Counted from the stretch's first letter, positions 9,884-19,996 are shown. The stretch is 64,000 nt of DNA from an uncultured Alphaproteobacteria bacterium (GCA_902563305.1 CACEWP010000002.1:87066-151065); one strand, 5' to 3'. The notes: generated by a model from the sequence alone, not told the origin. Program-made: numbers and translations.

Positions 9884-10606
9884 ATGAGTTACTTTAAAAA
9901 GTTAAGAAAATCTTTAAAAAGTACTTATTTTTTCAATATCATTCAAAACTATTTTCATAATCCTATTAAAACATACTCAGATTGTTTTGGAGAGGATTTA
10001 TTTGTAAATAACTACTTTTCTGGGGTTCGTAAAGGTTTTTATTTAGATATTGGGTGCAATCAGCCCAAGATTAATTCGCTGACCTACTCTCTTTATAAAA
10101 AAGGATGGAAAGGTTTAAATTGCGATATATCCGAGCGTTGCATAAAACTCTATAAATTTTTTAGAAAAGATGATGTAAACCTAAATATTGCTGTTGGTCC
10201 AGTAGAAAAAAAAGTAAATTCATTTATTTTTTATGAAAATTGCACAATGAATACAGTTGATGAAGACTTTAAAAAACATACATTTAAAAGTGTTAATAAA
10301 GAACCAGAAATAAGAGTAATAGAACAAAAGACTCTCAATCAAATACTAATTGAAAATAATGTTAAAGTAATTGATTATTTAAATATTGATGTTGAAGGTT
10401 ATGAAATCAATGTATTGAAGGGATTTAGTATAAAAAAATATAGTCCTAAATTAATTTCAATTGAAATTCATGATACTCAATGTCCTCCGGAAAAAAATCA
10501 GATTTATCAATATTTTATGAGAAATAACTATACGTTAGTGTCAATTTATGGATGGACGTATTTTTTTGAATATAAAAAAAATTCAAAGGTTCACTTTAAA
10601 ATTTAA
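9884..10606 (+). CDS. FkbM family methyltransferase
   Basis: GEDLF, YLDIGCNQP, IDYLNIDVEGYE..VLKG. Confidence 0.88.
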   Translation: MSYFKKLRKSLKSTYFFNIIQNYFHNPIKTYSDCFGEDLFVNNYFSGVRKGFYLDIGCNQPKINSLTYSLYKKGWKGLNCDISERCIKLYKFFRKDDVNLNIAVGPVEKKVNSFIFYENCTMNTVDEDFKKHTFKSVNKEPEIRVIEQKTLNQILIENNVKVIDYLNIDVEGYEINVLKGFSIKKYSPKLISIEIHDTQCPPEKNQIYQYFMRNNYTLVSIYGWTYFFEYKKNSKVHFKI

Positions 10607-10631
10607 ATCTTTAGAATCTAATTAGTGTAAA

Positions 10632-10946
10632 ATGATAAAAAAAAATTGTATAGATTTGATTAAAATTTTTCTAACAACAATTCTTTTTATAAGTTTTAAT
10701 TTTGTTTTAGTTAATAGTAATCAAATTGTAGATAAAAATAATATATGTACCTCTGAAGATGACAAAAATTCAAATTATACTTGTTACGAGTTTTGTTGTG
10801 TAGATAATGACCCAACGTCTATTAACGCAATAGTATTTAAAGCTACTTTTTTCAATCTTGAAGAAAAATTTGTAATTTATTTAAATCACAAAAGTAAATT
10901 AATAGATCCAAAATCAAATTCCCCGCCAGCAATTATTTTTTCTTAA
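10632..10946 (+). CDS. DUF2946/CruR/CutF-like leader (putative arrest) peptide
   Basis: N-terminal hydrophobic segment, ICT motif, C51xxxC55C56, C-terminal PKSNSPP. Confidence 0.65.
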   Translation: MIKKNCIDLIKIFLTTILFISFNFVLVNSNQIVDKNNICTSEDDKNSNYTCYEFCCVDNDPTSINAIVFKATFFNLEEKFVIYLNHKSKLIDPKSNSPPAIIFS

Positions 10947-10981
10947 AAGTCTAATAATAAATTTTGAAAGGAAAAAATAAT
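10932..10981 (+). promoter_or_regulatory. RBS-sequestering mRNA hairpin
   Basis: ATTATTTTTTCTT (10932-10944) pairs with AGGAAAAAATAAT (10969-10981): 12 Watson-Crick pairs plus 1 G-U, covering the SD and the AT of the ATG at 10980. Confidence 0.65.
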
Positions 10982-12014
10982 GTTTAAGTCACTAATTTTG
11001 TTAGTTGTACTGTTATTCTCAGTAGTCAGTAAATTATATTCTGATGAATTACATATGGCTGATAGTCACGGCCCCATTTCTTTAATGGGTGATCACATAC
11101 ATAAAAAAGGAGAAGTAATGTTTTCTTATAGATTCGGTCATATGAAAATGAATAATATTATGAACGGAACTAAAAATCTAAGAATAGATGAAGTTACCTC
11201 AAGACCAAACTCAGCTTCAAATGGTTCTGGCGTATATATGAATAGTCCTATTTCGATGAAAATGGATATGCACATGTTTGGAGCAATGTATGCTCCATCT
11301 GATCAATTGACTTTGATGATAATGACAAGTTACTTGGAAAAAGAAATGACACAACAAAGAATGCCAATGGCAGGTAGTGCAAGGTTTGATGTTAATTCTT
11401 CTGGGATTGGAGATACAAGAGTATCTGGTTTAATAAAGTTGTATAATGGTATTTCTACAAAAACTCATTTCGGGATTGGACTAAGCTTACCCACTGGTAG
11501 TATAGATAAAAGAGACGCAACTCCTGTATCCAGTGACGCTAGATTGGGGTATGCAATGCAAAATGGATCAGGTTCTTTTGACCCATATTTTTTTATTAAT
11601 AATGTGAATAGTATAGGAAGATTTAAGATTGGTCAGCAATTTATCTATAAAACCTCTTCTGGAAAAAATTCAAAGGACTATAATTATGGTGATAATTATA
11701 ATGCGACTATTTGGTCCTCAGTACGCTGGGCTAATAATGTAAGTACTTCAGCAAAAATTAATTATGATTACAGAGAGAAAATGAATGGATCAGATAATGA
11801 AATGAACCCAAGAATGAGCCCTTCAATGGATTCATACAATCAAGGTCATCAAAAAATGAACCTAGGATTGGGAGTAAATTTAATCAATCACAATAATTTT
11901 TTAAAAAACCATAGGCTTGGAATTGAGGGAATTATTCCTTTATATCAGAGGTATGAGGGTCTTCAGATGAAAGAAACTTTTAGACTGACTATTGGTTGGC
12001 AGTATGGTTTTTGA
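10980..12014 (+). CDS. His/Met-rich outer-membrane beta-barrel transporter family protein (putative metal/copper uptake)
   Basis: Signal peptide, HMADSHGPISLMGDHIHKKGEVMFSYR, MKMDMHMFGAMYAPSD, GLSLPTGS, MQNGSGSFD, C-terminal WQYGF beta-signal. Confidence 0.75.
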   Translation: MFKSLILLVVLLFSVVSKLYSDELHMADSHGPISLMGDHIHKKGEVMFSYRFGHMKMNNIMNGTKNLRIDEVTSRPNSASNGSGVYMNSPISMKMDMHMFGAMYAPSDQLTLMIMTSYLEKEMTQQRMPMAGSARFDVNSSGIGDTRVSGLIKLYNGISTKTHFGIGLSLPTGSIDKRDATPVSSDARLGYAMQNGSGSFDPYFFINNVNSIGRFKIGQQFIYKTSSGKNSKDYNYGDNYNATIWSSVRWANNVSTSAKINYDYREKMNGSDNEMNPRMSPSMDSYNQGHQKMNLGLGVNLINHNNFLKNHRLGIEGIIPLYQRYEGLQMKETFRLTIGWQYGF

Positions 12015-12080
12015 AAATAAGTTGAAAAATGCTATTATTTATAGATAATTGAATTATTAACATAAAATAACGTCAGTATT

Positions 12081-12371
12081 ATGATTAAAAAAAGCTGCTT
12101 ATTAATTTCATTTATTGTTTTTTGTTCTTTTTCTTTAAAAAAAGTAGAATCTCTAAATCTTTTTGAATTTGCTCTTGTTGGGATAGGTTCAGCATACGTT
12201 GCAGATCAATACTTTGACTCATCATTAGAATATACTAATGATTACAAACTTAAAAAGGATGTCATTAGAAAGTTTTATGATGACAAAAGAAGGAGTATTT
12301 CTTCAAGTCGCTTTAGTGGATTACCGATAAACCAGCAATTACTTTTAATTGAAGAATTAGAAAATTTTTAG
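12081..12371 (+). CDS. Hypothetical exported protein
   Basis: Signal-like N-terminus; co-oriented in gene run; no family recognised. Confidence 0.6.
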   Translation: MIKKSCLLISFIVFCSFSLKKVESLNLFEFALVGIGSAYVADQYFDSSLEYTNDYKLKKDVIRKFYDDKRRSISSSRFSGLPINQQLLLIEELENF

Positions 12372-12408
12372 AAAAACTAAACAAACTATCAACAAGTCGT
12401 TTATTACC

Positions 12409-12885
12409 ATGATGATAAAATTATCGATATTTCTTTCTTTTTTACTTTTTTGTCTCCCTCTAAAAAGTAATACTTTTAGCGAGGTGTTTGGGAGTGAAGG
12501 GGCTGCTGGGATAGAGAATTCAAAAACTAGAAGCCTTAGTTATACTCTTCAATATGCAACACTGACGGGTTCCATTGGTTATGTTCTTAAGAATCTTCAT
12601 GATACTGGTTTTTTAGAGCCATTTGGTTTTACACCTAATACATTTAAAAATTTATCACCTCTTGCATACAAAAAAAAGTTTTTATTAGATAAGCATTCTG
12701 CCAACATAATTGCAGTAAACCAAAAAGTCGACGAAATTAACTATTTTAATGACTTGAGACAGAATATAATGGATAGGAGATATTCTCCTGAAGTTATTGA
12801 AATGAAAAATAATAATAATTTTGATAACTCAATTCTAAATTTTAATAATAGAAATTCACTGGTGGAGAGATATTTTGATAAGTAA
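12409..12885 (+). CDS. Hypothetical exported protein
   Basis: Signal-like N-terminus, overlaps next gene by 11 nt; no family recognised. Confidence 0.6.
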   Translation: MMIKLSIFLSFLLFCLPLKSNTFSEVFGSEGAAGIENSKTRSLSYTLQYATLTGSIGYVLKNLHDTGFLEPFGFTPNTFKNLSPLAYKKKFLLDKHSANIIAVNQKVDEINYFNDLRQNIMDRRYSPEVIEMKNNNNFDNSILNFNNRNSLVERYFDK

Positions 12886-13348
12886 TACAAAAAAAATCTT
12901 AATTTTACTAATTGTTCTTTTTATAACTTCCTGCTCTTCCAACGGTAGTATTGACAAATCAGCTGTTATGAAAACTACCTCAACTGCTGTTGGGGGTTAT
13001 TTTGGATACCAACTTGGAGATGGTGACCTATTATCAACAACTGTTGGTTCAACTTTAGGTGCTATAGTTGGAAGTTATTTAATTGATTTTATAAATCAAG
13101 ATGATTACTACTTTTTTAAAGAAGAAACTTTGAGAGTTCTTGAGATTAATGATAATAATTCTTCTGTAAATTCAGGGTATTGGAGAAATCCTAAAAGTGG
13201 CAATAAGGGTGTAATTAAAATTAAAGGTTATTTTGGATCACCTGAGTGTAGACTAATTGAAAATATTTATGTAAAAGGTAATAAGTCTAGCAATTCTTTC
13301 AGGACTGCATGTAGAGAAAAAAGTGGACAATGGGCTATGATGAAATAA
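12875..13348 (+). CDS. Glycine-zipper lipoprotein, 17 kDa surface antigen (RT0821/Lpp0805) family
   Basis: Lipobox FITSC, AVGGYFGYQLGDG..TTVGSTLGAIVG, WRNPKSGNKG, CR...TACR...GQW. Confidence 0.85.
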   Translation: MISNTKKILILLIVLFITSCSSNGSIDKSAVMKTTSTAVGGYFGYQLGDGDLLSTTVGSTLGAIVGSYLIDFINQDDYYFFKEETLRVLEINDNNSSVNSGYWRNPKSGNKGVIKIKGYFGSPECRLIENIYVKGNKSSNSFRTACREKSGQWAMMK

Positions 13349-13388
13349 TATATTTAAATTAATTCAAATTGTATTATATCATATAATT

Positions 13389-14147
13389 ATGATTATTATT
13401 TCACCTTCTAAAAATCTTAATTTGAAAAATGAAGCTTTTAATTTTCAACAGTCCTCTCCATTCTTTGGCTCTCAAACCAAACAAATCATTAACAAAATTA
13501 AATTATTAAATTTTAAAGAGATAAAGTCTCTAATGAATGTCAGTGAATCTTTAGCAAAGCTGAATTTTGAAAGATTTGAGATTTTTAATTCAAAGAATAA
13601 TATTAGAAAACCAGCTGCTTTTATTTTTTCAGGTGACACTTTTAATGGTCTTTCTATAAGATCACTAAATGAGTCTGACTTAGAATATGCTCAAATAAAT
13701 CTTAGAATTTTATCAGGACTATATGGTATTTTGAGACCTTATGATATAATCGAACCTTATAGATTAGAAATGGGAACTAAAATTAGTAAGATCCTGGGGA
13801 GTAGTTTGTATGATTTCTGGAAGGAAAAAATTACAGCTAAATTAAATGAAGAAATTAAAAACTCTGAATCAACATTTTTATTCAATCTTGCATCAGAAGA
13901 ATATTATTCTGTATTAGATTTTGCAAAAGTAAAATGTGAATTGATAAATTTTGATTTTAAAAAAATTAAAAAAGGCAAGATTTCTGGTATTGGTATGATG
14001 ATTAAAAAGTTAAGAGGAGAAATGGCAAAGTTTATTATCTCTAATAAAGTTAACTCATTAAAGAAGTTCGAGGAATTCAATGAACTTGGCTTTAAGTTTT
14101 CTTCATTTGATGAAACTAATCGTAAATTCTTATTTATATCTAAATGA
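13389..14147 (+). CDS. yaaA: YaaA (peroxide stress, DUF328) protein
   Basis: IISPSK, LRILSGLYGILRP.D.IEPYRLEMGT, NLASEEY, KKLRGEMA. Confidence 0.92.
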   Translation: MIIISPSKNLNLKNEAFNFQQSSPFFGSQTKQIINKIKLLNFKEIKSLMNVSESLAKLNFERFEIFNSKNNIRKPAAFIFSGDTFNGLSIRSLNESDLEYAQINLRILSGLYGILRPYDIIEPYRLEMGTKISKILGSSLYDFWKEKITAKLNEEIKNSESTFLFNLASEEYYSVLDFAKVKCELINFDFKKIKKGKISGIGMMIKKLRGEMAKFIISNKVNSLKKFEEFNELGFKFSSFDETNRKFLFISK

Positions 14148-15064
14148 GTAAGAAAACCATAGTCGTTCAAATACCTTGTCTTAACGAAGAGAAAGGTCTT
14201 CCACATGTTATTCAGAATATAAAGTCAAAAATTCCAAGATGTAGAATAATAGTTTATGATAATGGCTCAGATGATAATTCAGTGAATGTCGCGCTTAAAA
14301 AAGGTGCTGAAGTTCGTCACGTAGACAAAAAAGGGAAGGGTAATGTTGTCAGACGTATGTTTTCAGATCAAATTGAAGCTGACTATTTTATAATGATTGA
14401 TGGAGATAATACTTACGATGTATCAAAACTTGACGATATGGTTAAATTAATGACAAAATTTAACTATGATATGCTTATAGGGAAAAGGATTCACAAAGAC
14501 TCTTCTGCATATAGAAAGGGACATGTTATTGGAAATAAATTTTTTTCGAACTTTGTTAATCTTTTTTTCGGTAAAGATATAACTGATATATTTTCTGGAT
14601 TAAGAATTTTTACAAAAAGATTTGTAAAAACTTTTCCACTTTATTCTCAAGAATTCGAAATTGAAGCTGAATTAACTATTCATGCGCTTGAGCAAAGGAT
14701 GTCAGTTTATGAATATGATTGTTTCTATAGTGCAAGAAGTGAGGGTTCGTATAGTAAACTAAGTACGGTAAAAGATGGTATTAAAATCTTAAAATTAATC
14801 TTGATTCTTATTAAAGATGAAAAACCTTTATTCTTTTTTAGTATTTTTAGCCTTTCTTTTCTTATTTTCTCCTTACTAATTGGTATACCAGTTATTCGTG
14901 ATTTTTATCTGACAGGATTGGTTGAGAAAATACCTTCGGCTATTCTCGCTGGTTTTTTGATGATGTTAAGTTTTCTAAGTTTTTTTTCTGGATTAATTTT
15001 AGACATAATTAAAAAACTAAGATATGAGAATAAAAGAATGAACTTTCTTCTTTATAAAGACTAG
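14144..15064 (+). CDS. GT2 glycosyltransferase (polyprenol-phosphate sugar transferase-like) with 2 C-terminal TM helices
   Basis: IPCLNEE, YDNGSDD, GKGNVV, DGDNTY, FEIEAEL. Confidence 0.88.
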   Translation: MSKKTIVVQIPCLNEEKGLPHVIQNIKSKIPRCRIIVYDNGSDDNSVNVALKKGAEVRHVDKKGKGNVVRRMFSDQIEADYFIMIDGDNTYDVSKLDDMVKLMTKFNYDMLIGKRIHKDSSAYRKGHVIGNKFFSNFVNLFFGKDITDIFSGLRIFTKRFVKTFPLYSQEFEIEAELTIHALEQRMSVYEYDCFYSARSEGSYSKLSTVKDGIKILKLILILIKDEKPLFFFSIFSLSFLIFSLLIGIPVIRDFYLTGLVEKIPSAILAGFLMMLSFLSFFSGLILDIIKKLRYENKRMNFLLYKD

Positions 15065-15066
15065 CT

Positions 15067-15336
15067 TTATTTAATTGGGATTTTTACAGTTTTTTTTGAA
15101 ATCTTATCGTTCAAATTTTCATCTATAATTTTTTTTTTATTTTCATTAATTAGCCAAACCATTTGCATTGCTAACGCATGAATTCTTTTAGCTTTTGATT
15201 CCCCTGATAGAATCCTAGCATATTGTCTTTTACTTATACCTAAAGTCTCCGATGCGCTTTGAATGGTGAGATCATTGATTTTCATCCATTGTCTTATTTC
15301 GTTCGGACTTGGTTCATTAATATTCAAGAATAACAA
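15067..15336 (-). CDS. Small XRE-type helix-turn-helix protein
   Basis: EIRQWMKINDLTIQSASETLGISKRQYARILSGE fits an XRE HTH; TTG start 1 nt after the actP stop. Confidence 0.65.
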   Translation of the reverse strand: MLFLNINEPSPNEIRQWMKINDLTIQSASETLGISKRQYARILSGESKAKRIHALAMQMVWLINENKKKIIDENLNDKISKKTVKIPIK

Positions 15337-15337
15337 T

Positions 15338-16942
15338 CTATAATTTCCCTAAATATGCTTTTCTTGTAAGTTTATTAAATTTTTCCAAATTTTCAAATTT
15401 GTTTGTCTTTTTATCAGAAATAGAAATTACAAATATTGCAATAAATGAAATACTTACAGTAAAAATGGCTGGATATTTGTATGGAAAAATTGCATTTTGA
15501 AATCCAAAAACTTCCACCCATATTGTTGGCCCTAATACCACTAAAGTTATAGTTGCAACCAAACCAATTAACCCTCCGTAATAAGCCCCATTAGTTGTTA
15601 AATTTTTCCATGATATCGTCAGGAAAAGTATTGGAAAATTTGTGCTTGCTGCCACAGCAAATGCTAGACCTACCATGAAAGCAACATTCTGTCCTTCAAA
15701 AAAAATTCCAAGAAAGATAGCTAATAGACCAATAAAAACACTAGAAAATTTCGACACCTTTAATTCCTCTTTTTCATTTGCCTTACCTTTTTTAATAACA
15801 TAAACGAATAAATCTCTACCAATTGCAGATGCTCCAGCAAGAGTAAGACCGGAAACAACTGCTAATATTGTTGCAAACGCCACTGCAGATATAAATCCTA
15901 GAAAAATTTCCCCTCCTATCGAGTGTGACAGATGAATAGCAGCCATGTTATTAGAACCTAATAATTTACCAGTATCATCAAGATAAAGAGGGTTTTGCGA
16001 TAGAAAAACTATTGCACCAAAGCCTATGACAAAAGTCAAAATATAAAAGTATCCTATAAATGTTGTAGCATATAAAGCAGATATTCTGGCACTCTTTGCG
16101 TCTGGTACTGTAAAAAATCTCATTAAAATATGCGGCAAACCAGCAGTACCTAAAATCAATGCTATGCCAAGAGATATTGCAGATATTGGATCACTGATAA
16201 GTTTTCCTGGAAAGAGTATTTCCATCTTGCTTTCATGAACAGATACTGCTTCATACAACAAATTACTTAGGCTAAACGAAAATTCTTTAAAAACAAGGAA
16301 TGCCAAAACTGAAGCTCCAAAAATTAATAAAAATGCTTTAATAATTTGAACCCAAGTGGTTGCTATCATTCCTCCAAAGCTAACATAAATTATCATCAGC
16401 AGACCTACAATCCATACTGCAATTTCATAATTCAATCCAAATAAAATTTGTATAAGCGAACCAGCCCCTACCATTTGTGCTATAAGATATAGGGTTATTG
16501 TTACTAAAGTTCCAATTGATGATAAAATTCTAATTTTTGATTGTTCTAACCTTATAGAGGTGATATCTGCAAATGTAAATTTACCTAAATTTTTTAATCT
16601 TTCAGAAATTAAAAATAAAATAATTGGCCAACCAACCAAAAACCCAATTGAATAAATCAATCCGTCAAATCCAGAATAAAAAACTAAACCGGAAATTCCT
16701 AAAAATGAAGCTGCTGACATATAATCACCAGCAATAGCCAGTCCATTTTGGAAACCAGATATTTTACCACCCGCAGCGTAATAGTTTTCTTTAACATTTG
16801 TTTTCTTTGAAGCAAAATAAGTTATCAGTAGTGTGATAATGACAAAAATAAGAAAAATTATTGCAGCAAAATAATTACTTTGACCAGTGCTAGAAAATAC
16901 TGGAAAAGGAAATAATGAAAAGAATGCTAGGAACAAAATCAT
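15338..16942 (-). CDS. actP: Cation/acetate symporter ActP (SSS family)
   Basis: [46 protein letters not shown]. Confidence 0.92.
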   Translation of the reverse strand: MILFLAFFSLFPFPVFSSTGQSNYFAAIIFLIFVIITLLITYFASKKTNVKENYYAAGGKISGFQNGLAIAGDYMSAASFLGISGLVFYSGFDGLIYSIGFLVGWPIILFLISERLKNLGKFTFADITSIRLEQSKIRILSSIGTLVTITLYLIAQMVGAGSLIQILFGLNYEIAVWIVGLLMIIYVSFGGMIATTWVQIIKAFLLIFGASVLAFLVFKEFSFSLSNLLYEAVSVHESKMEILFPGKLISDPISAISLGIALILGTAGLPHILMRFFTVPDAKSARISALYATTFIGYFYILTFVIGFGAIVFLSQNPLYLDDTGKLLGSNNMAAIHLSHSIGGEIFLGFISAVAFATILAVVSGLTLAGASAIGRDLFVYVIKKGKANEKEELKVSKFSSVFIGLLAIFLGIFFEGQNVAFMVGLAFAVAASTNFPILFLTISWKNLTTNGAYYGGLIGLVATITLVVLGPTIWVEVFGFQNAIFPYKYPAIFTVSISFIAIFVISISDKKTNKFENLEKFNKLTRKAYLGKL

Positions 16943-17211
16943 TTATTTAATTGATCTTTAATTTTGTCAAGATAGTTGTTTGATATGAATGTATAAACAA
17001 ATGTTATGAAAATTGAAAAAACTATGACAAATAATCCGATAACTATACCTACAGTTATATAACTGTCACCAACTAGAATTCCAAATAATTCTGGTTTGAA
17101 ACCAATAATTAGGATGAAAGAAAAATAAAAGAAAAGTACTAAGAGTGAAAATGAGAATGCTATTATTTTATTCAAAAAAATGAATCGGTTATAATTTTTT
17201 TCTCTAGACAA
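16939..17211 (-). CDS. DUF485 (YjcH-like) small membrane partner of ActP
   Basis: Two TM helices, YFSFIL..., Y...SN..LD; 4-nt overlap with actP. Confidence 0.8.
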   Translation of the reverse strand: MSREKNYNRFIFLNKIIAFSFSLLVLFFYFSFILIIGFKPELFGILVGDSYITVGIVIGLFVIVFSIFITFVYTFISNNYLDKIKDQLNK

Positions 17212-17223
17212 ACATCAACTTTC

Positions 17224-17257
17224 AAAAAGTAAGCCAAACGTAAATACGCTTGGCTTA
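17224..17257 (-). terminator. Intrinsic terminator after aldehyde dehydrogenase
   Basis: Minus strand TAAGCCAAGCGT-ATTT-ACGTTTGGCTTA followed by CTTTTT. Confidence 0.8.
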
Positions 17258-17268
17258 AATATTAGGTG

Positions 17269-18786
17269 TTAAAGGTTAACTGTAACTGCTTTAACTTCAG
17301 TATAGTTTTTTAGAACTTCGTGTCCCATTTCTCTTCCCCAACCCGACTCTTTGTATCCTCCGAATGGAAGGGATGCATCAAAGATATTATGACAATTAAT
17401 CCAAACTGTACCAGCTCTAATTTTTGCTGCAAGCTTGTGTGCAGTGCTTATATCTTTGGTCCATACACTTGCTGCTAAACCAAAGTTTGTATTATTTGCT
17501 TCTTCAGCAATCTTTTCTAGACTTTCGTCAGAAAAAGGTTGAGCACAAACAACAGGTCCAAATATTTCCTCTTTAACCAAAGTCATATCAGCGTTTGTTT
17601 TTGCAAAAACTGTGGGATGAACAAAGTGACCACCTGAAGAATTATCACATGTTCCTCCTGCTACTATCTCACCGCCTTCAGATTTTCCTGATTCAATATA
17701 TCCAGAAACTTTTTTAAATTGTTCATCTGATACTAATGGACCCATTTCGGTTGAAGTATCCATACCAGGTCCAACTTTGATGTTTTCTGCAATTTTAGCA
17801 ATACCCTCAGAAACTCGATCAAAAACTTTTTCATGTGCAAATAATCTAGATCCTGCACAACAGCATTGTCCGTGATTGAAGAAAATTGCTGACGCAGCTC
17901 CAGCAATGGCTGCATCAATATCAGCATCTGGAAAAACTATTGTTGGTGACTTTCCTCCAAGTTCTAAGGATACTTTTTTAAGGTTTCCTGCTGCGGCTTT
18001 TGTAATTATTTTACCGACCTCAGTAGAACCTGTGAAAGCTACTTTATCAACCATGGGATGTTCAGCCAAGGGTGCCCCAGCTTCTTCACCAAATCCAGTA
18101 ACCATATTTAGTACACCTTTAGGAAGAAGATCTGATTCATGGATAATTTCCATAAGTCTCAGTGCAGAAAGAGGAGTTTGCTCTGCTGGTTTCATTACAA
18201 TAGTACAACCCGCAGTTAATGCAGGCGCTATTTTCCATGCTGCCATTAAGAGAGGAAAATTCCATGGTATTATCTGACCGCAAACTCCCACAGGTTCCCT
18301 TAGAGTGTAACTATGATATTTAGCACCTGGAGTATATAAACATGAGTAAGGGATAGTATTTCCTTCAATTTTAGTAGCCCAACCAGCCATGTACCTAAAA
18401 ATGTCTGATGAGAGCGGGACGTCAGCGGCGCCAGCTACGGCAACGGGTTTTCCATTATCCAACGATTCAAGTTGAGCTAATTCTTCATTATGTTTATCTA
18501 TTAATTCACCTATTTTCCAGATAATTTTCCCTTTTTCATTATTAGGCATATCAGTCCAAATTCCAGAGTCAAAAGCTTTTCTCGCGGCTTTAACAGCTGC
18601 GTCAATATCATTGGAATCTCCTGCAGAACAAGTTGAGATTTTTTTTCCAGTTGCAGGGTCTTCGACATCAAAGGTTTTTCCAGATTTTGATTCAACCCAT
18701 TCACCATTTATATATAATTTCTTTGTTTGATTAAGAAATTTTCCTACATTATCATTTACTGTATAATTTAGTATTGATGCGTCCAT
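17269..18786 (-). CDS. NAD-dependent aldehyde dehydrogenase (ALDH1/2-like, phenylacetaldehyde DH/DhaS-like)
   Basis: IIPWNFP, FTGSTEVG, LELGGKSP, GQCCCAG, EEIFGPV; GGAGG SD supports ATG at 18786. Confidence 0.93.
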   Translation of the reverse strand: MDASILNYTVNDNVGKFLNQTKKLYINGEWVESKSGKTFDVEDPATGKKISTCSAGDSNDIDAAVKAARKAFDSGIWTDMPNNEKGKIIWKIGELIDKHNEELAQLESLDNGKPVAVAGAADVPLSSDIFRYMAGWATKIEGNTIPYSCLYTPGAKYHSYTLREPVGVCGQIIPWNFPLLMAAWKIAPALTAGCTIVMKPAEQTPLSALRLMEIIHESDLLPKGVLNMVTGFGEEAGAPLAEHPMVDKVAFTGSTEVGKIITKAAAGNLKKVSLELGGKSPTIVFPDADIDAAIAGAASAIFFNHGQCCCAGSRLFAHEKVFDRVSEGIAKIAENIKVGPGMDTSTEMGPLVSDEQFKKVSGYIESGKSEGGEIVAGGTCDNSSGGHFVHPTVFAKTNADMTLVKEEIFGPVVCAQPFSDESLEKIAEEANNTNFGLAASVWTKDISTAHKLAAKIRAGTVWINCHNIFDASLPFGGYKESGWGREMGHEVLKNYTEVKAVTVNL

Positions 18787-18821
18787 TTTTTCCTCCAATT
18801 AATAAAACGTTTCTTTGATTT

Positions 18822-18850
18822 AGATTATCAATACTCTTTTATAATTTCAA
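18822..18850 (-). promoter_or_regulatory. Putative sigma70 promoter for the aldehyde dehydrogenase
   Basis: Minus strand TTGAAA-17 nt-TAATCT. Confidence 0.35.
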
Positions 18851-18914
18851 CTAACTTAAATATAAAAAAGTGAGCATATATCTAGCTTGATGAATGTTAA
18901 TGACTTTCAGAAAT

Positions 18915-19388
18915 CTAGAGTTTCGTTGGATTTGGAGTGTCACCGTAAACATCTTTAGGATCAAAAACCTTTTCCTTTTCTGTGAACTCTAGTTCATCGA
19001 TATATTTACTGTTTTTTGAAGATAATTTCCTGTAAAAACAAGATTTATATCCAACGTGGCAACTTGCTTTTAGACCGGCTAGGTCTACCTTAAAAATAAC
19101 ACAGTCTTGATCATCGTCTATACTAATTTCTTTAATTTTTTGCTTTAATCCACTTGTTTCACCTTTTCTCCATATGCATCTTCTGCTTCTTGACCAGTAG
19201 TGAGCTTCTTTAGTTTCCATAGATAGTCTAAACGCTTCTTCATTCATATATCCATGCATCAGAACTTCATTGTTTGATTTGTCGACTGTGATAACTGGGA
19301 TTAAGTTTTTTTCATCGAATTTTGGTTGTAAAATTTTACCTTCTTCAACTTCCTGAACGGATTCTCTTTTTTTAAATTTCGCAACCAT
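18915..19388 (-). CDS. hisI: Phosphoribosyl-AMP cyclohydrolase
   Basis: YWSRSR..IWRKGETSG, DDDQD, SCHVGYKSCFYR. Confidence 0.95.
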   Translation of the reverse strand: MVAKFKKRESVQEVEEGKILQPKFDEKNLIPVITVDKSNNEVLMHGYMNEEAFRLSMETKEAHYWSRSRRCIWRKGETSGLKQKIKEISIDDDQDCVIFKVDLAGLKASCHVGYKSCFYRKLSSKNSKYIDELEFTEKEKVFDPKDVYGDTPNPTKL

Positions 19389-19996
19389 TAATCTGAAATA
19401 TAGTTAAGAAATCTTTTTTGCATCTCTAAATTTGTTTTGAATTCACCCAAAAAGGTATTAGTGATTGTAGAAACGTTTGGTTTTTCAACTCCTCTTGTTG
19501 TCATACACTGATGGATAGCTCTTATGTAAACAGCAACACCCTTAGGCTTCATTGAATTTTGAATAGCATCAGAGATTTGCTGGGTCATCGTTTCTTGTGT
19601 TTGTAGTCTTCTAGCGAATATTTCTACAGTCCTTGCTAATTTAGATATACCAACGACTCTTTTAGTTGGAATATATGCTATGTGAGCTATTCCGATAACT
19701 GGAACCATATGATGTTCGCAATGAGAGTTGAAAGGAATATCTTTCAACATAACCATATCTTGATAACCCTGAACATCTTCAAAAGTCTTTGACAAGTATT
19801 TTTCGGCTGACTCCTTATATCCCGAAAAAAATTCTTCATAAGCATTTATAACCCTTTTTGGAGTTTCCCTTAATCCTTCTCTCTCTGGGTCATCCCCAGC
19901 CCATTTGATTAATGTCTCTACCGCTTTTTCAGCCTCTTTCCTACTTACCTTATTTTGATGTGCAAGTTTTATATTTTTGGGTGAACTAGAATCCAT
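19388..19996 (-). CDS. folE: GTP cyclohydrolase I
   Basis: [33 protein letters not shown]. Confidence 0.96.
   Translation of the reverse strand: MDSSSPKNIKLAHQNKVSRKEAEKAVETLIKWAGDDPEREGLRETPKRVINAYEEFFSGYKESAEKYLSKTFEDVQGYQDMVMLKDIPFNSHCEHHMVPVIGIAHIAYIPTKRVVGISKLARTVEIFARRLQTQETMTQQISDAIQNSMKPKGVAVYIRAIHQCMTTRGVEKPNVSTITNTFLGEFKTNLEMQKRFLNYISD

Noticed and set aside
9769..15064. Genomic island integrated at tRNA-Met
   Set aside because: No integrase and no duplicate of the tRNA 3' end seen; composition resembles the rest of the window; includes the housekeeping-type gene yaaA
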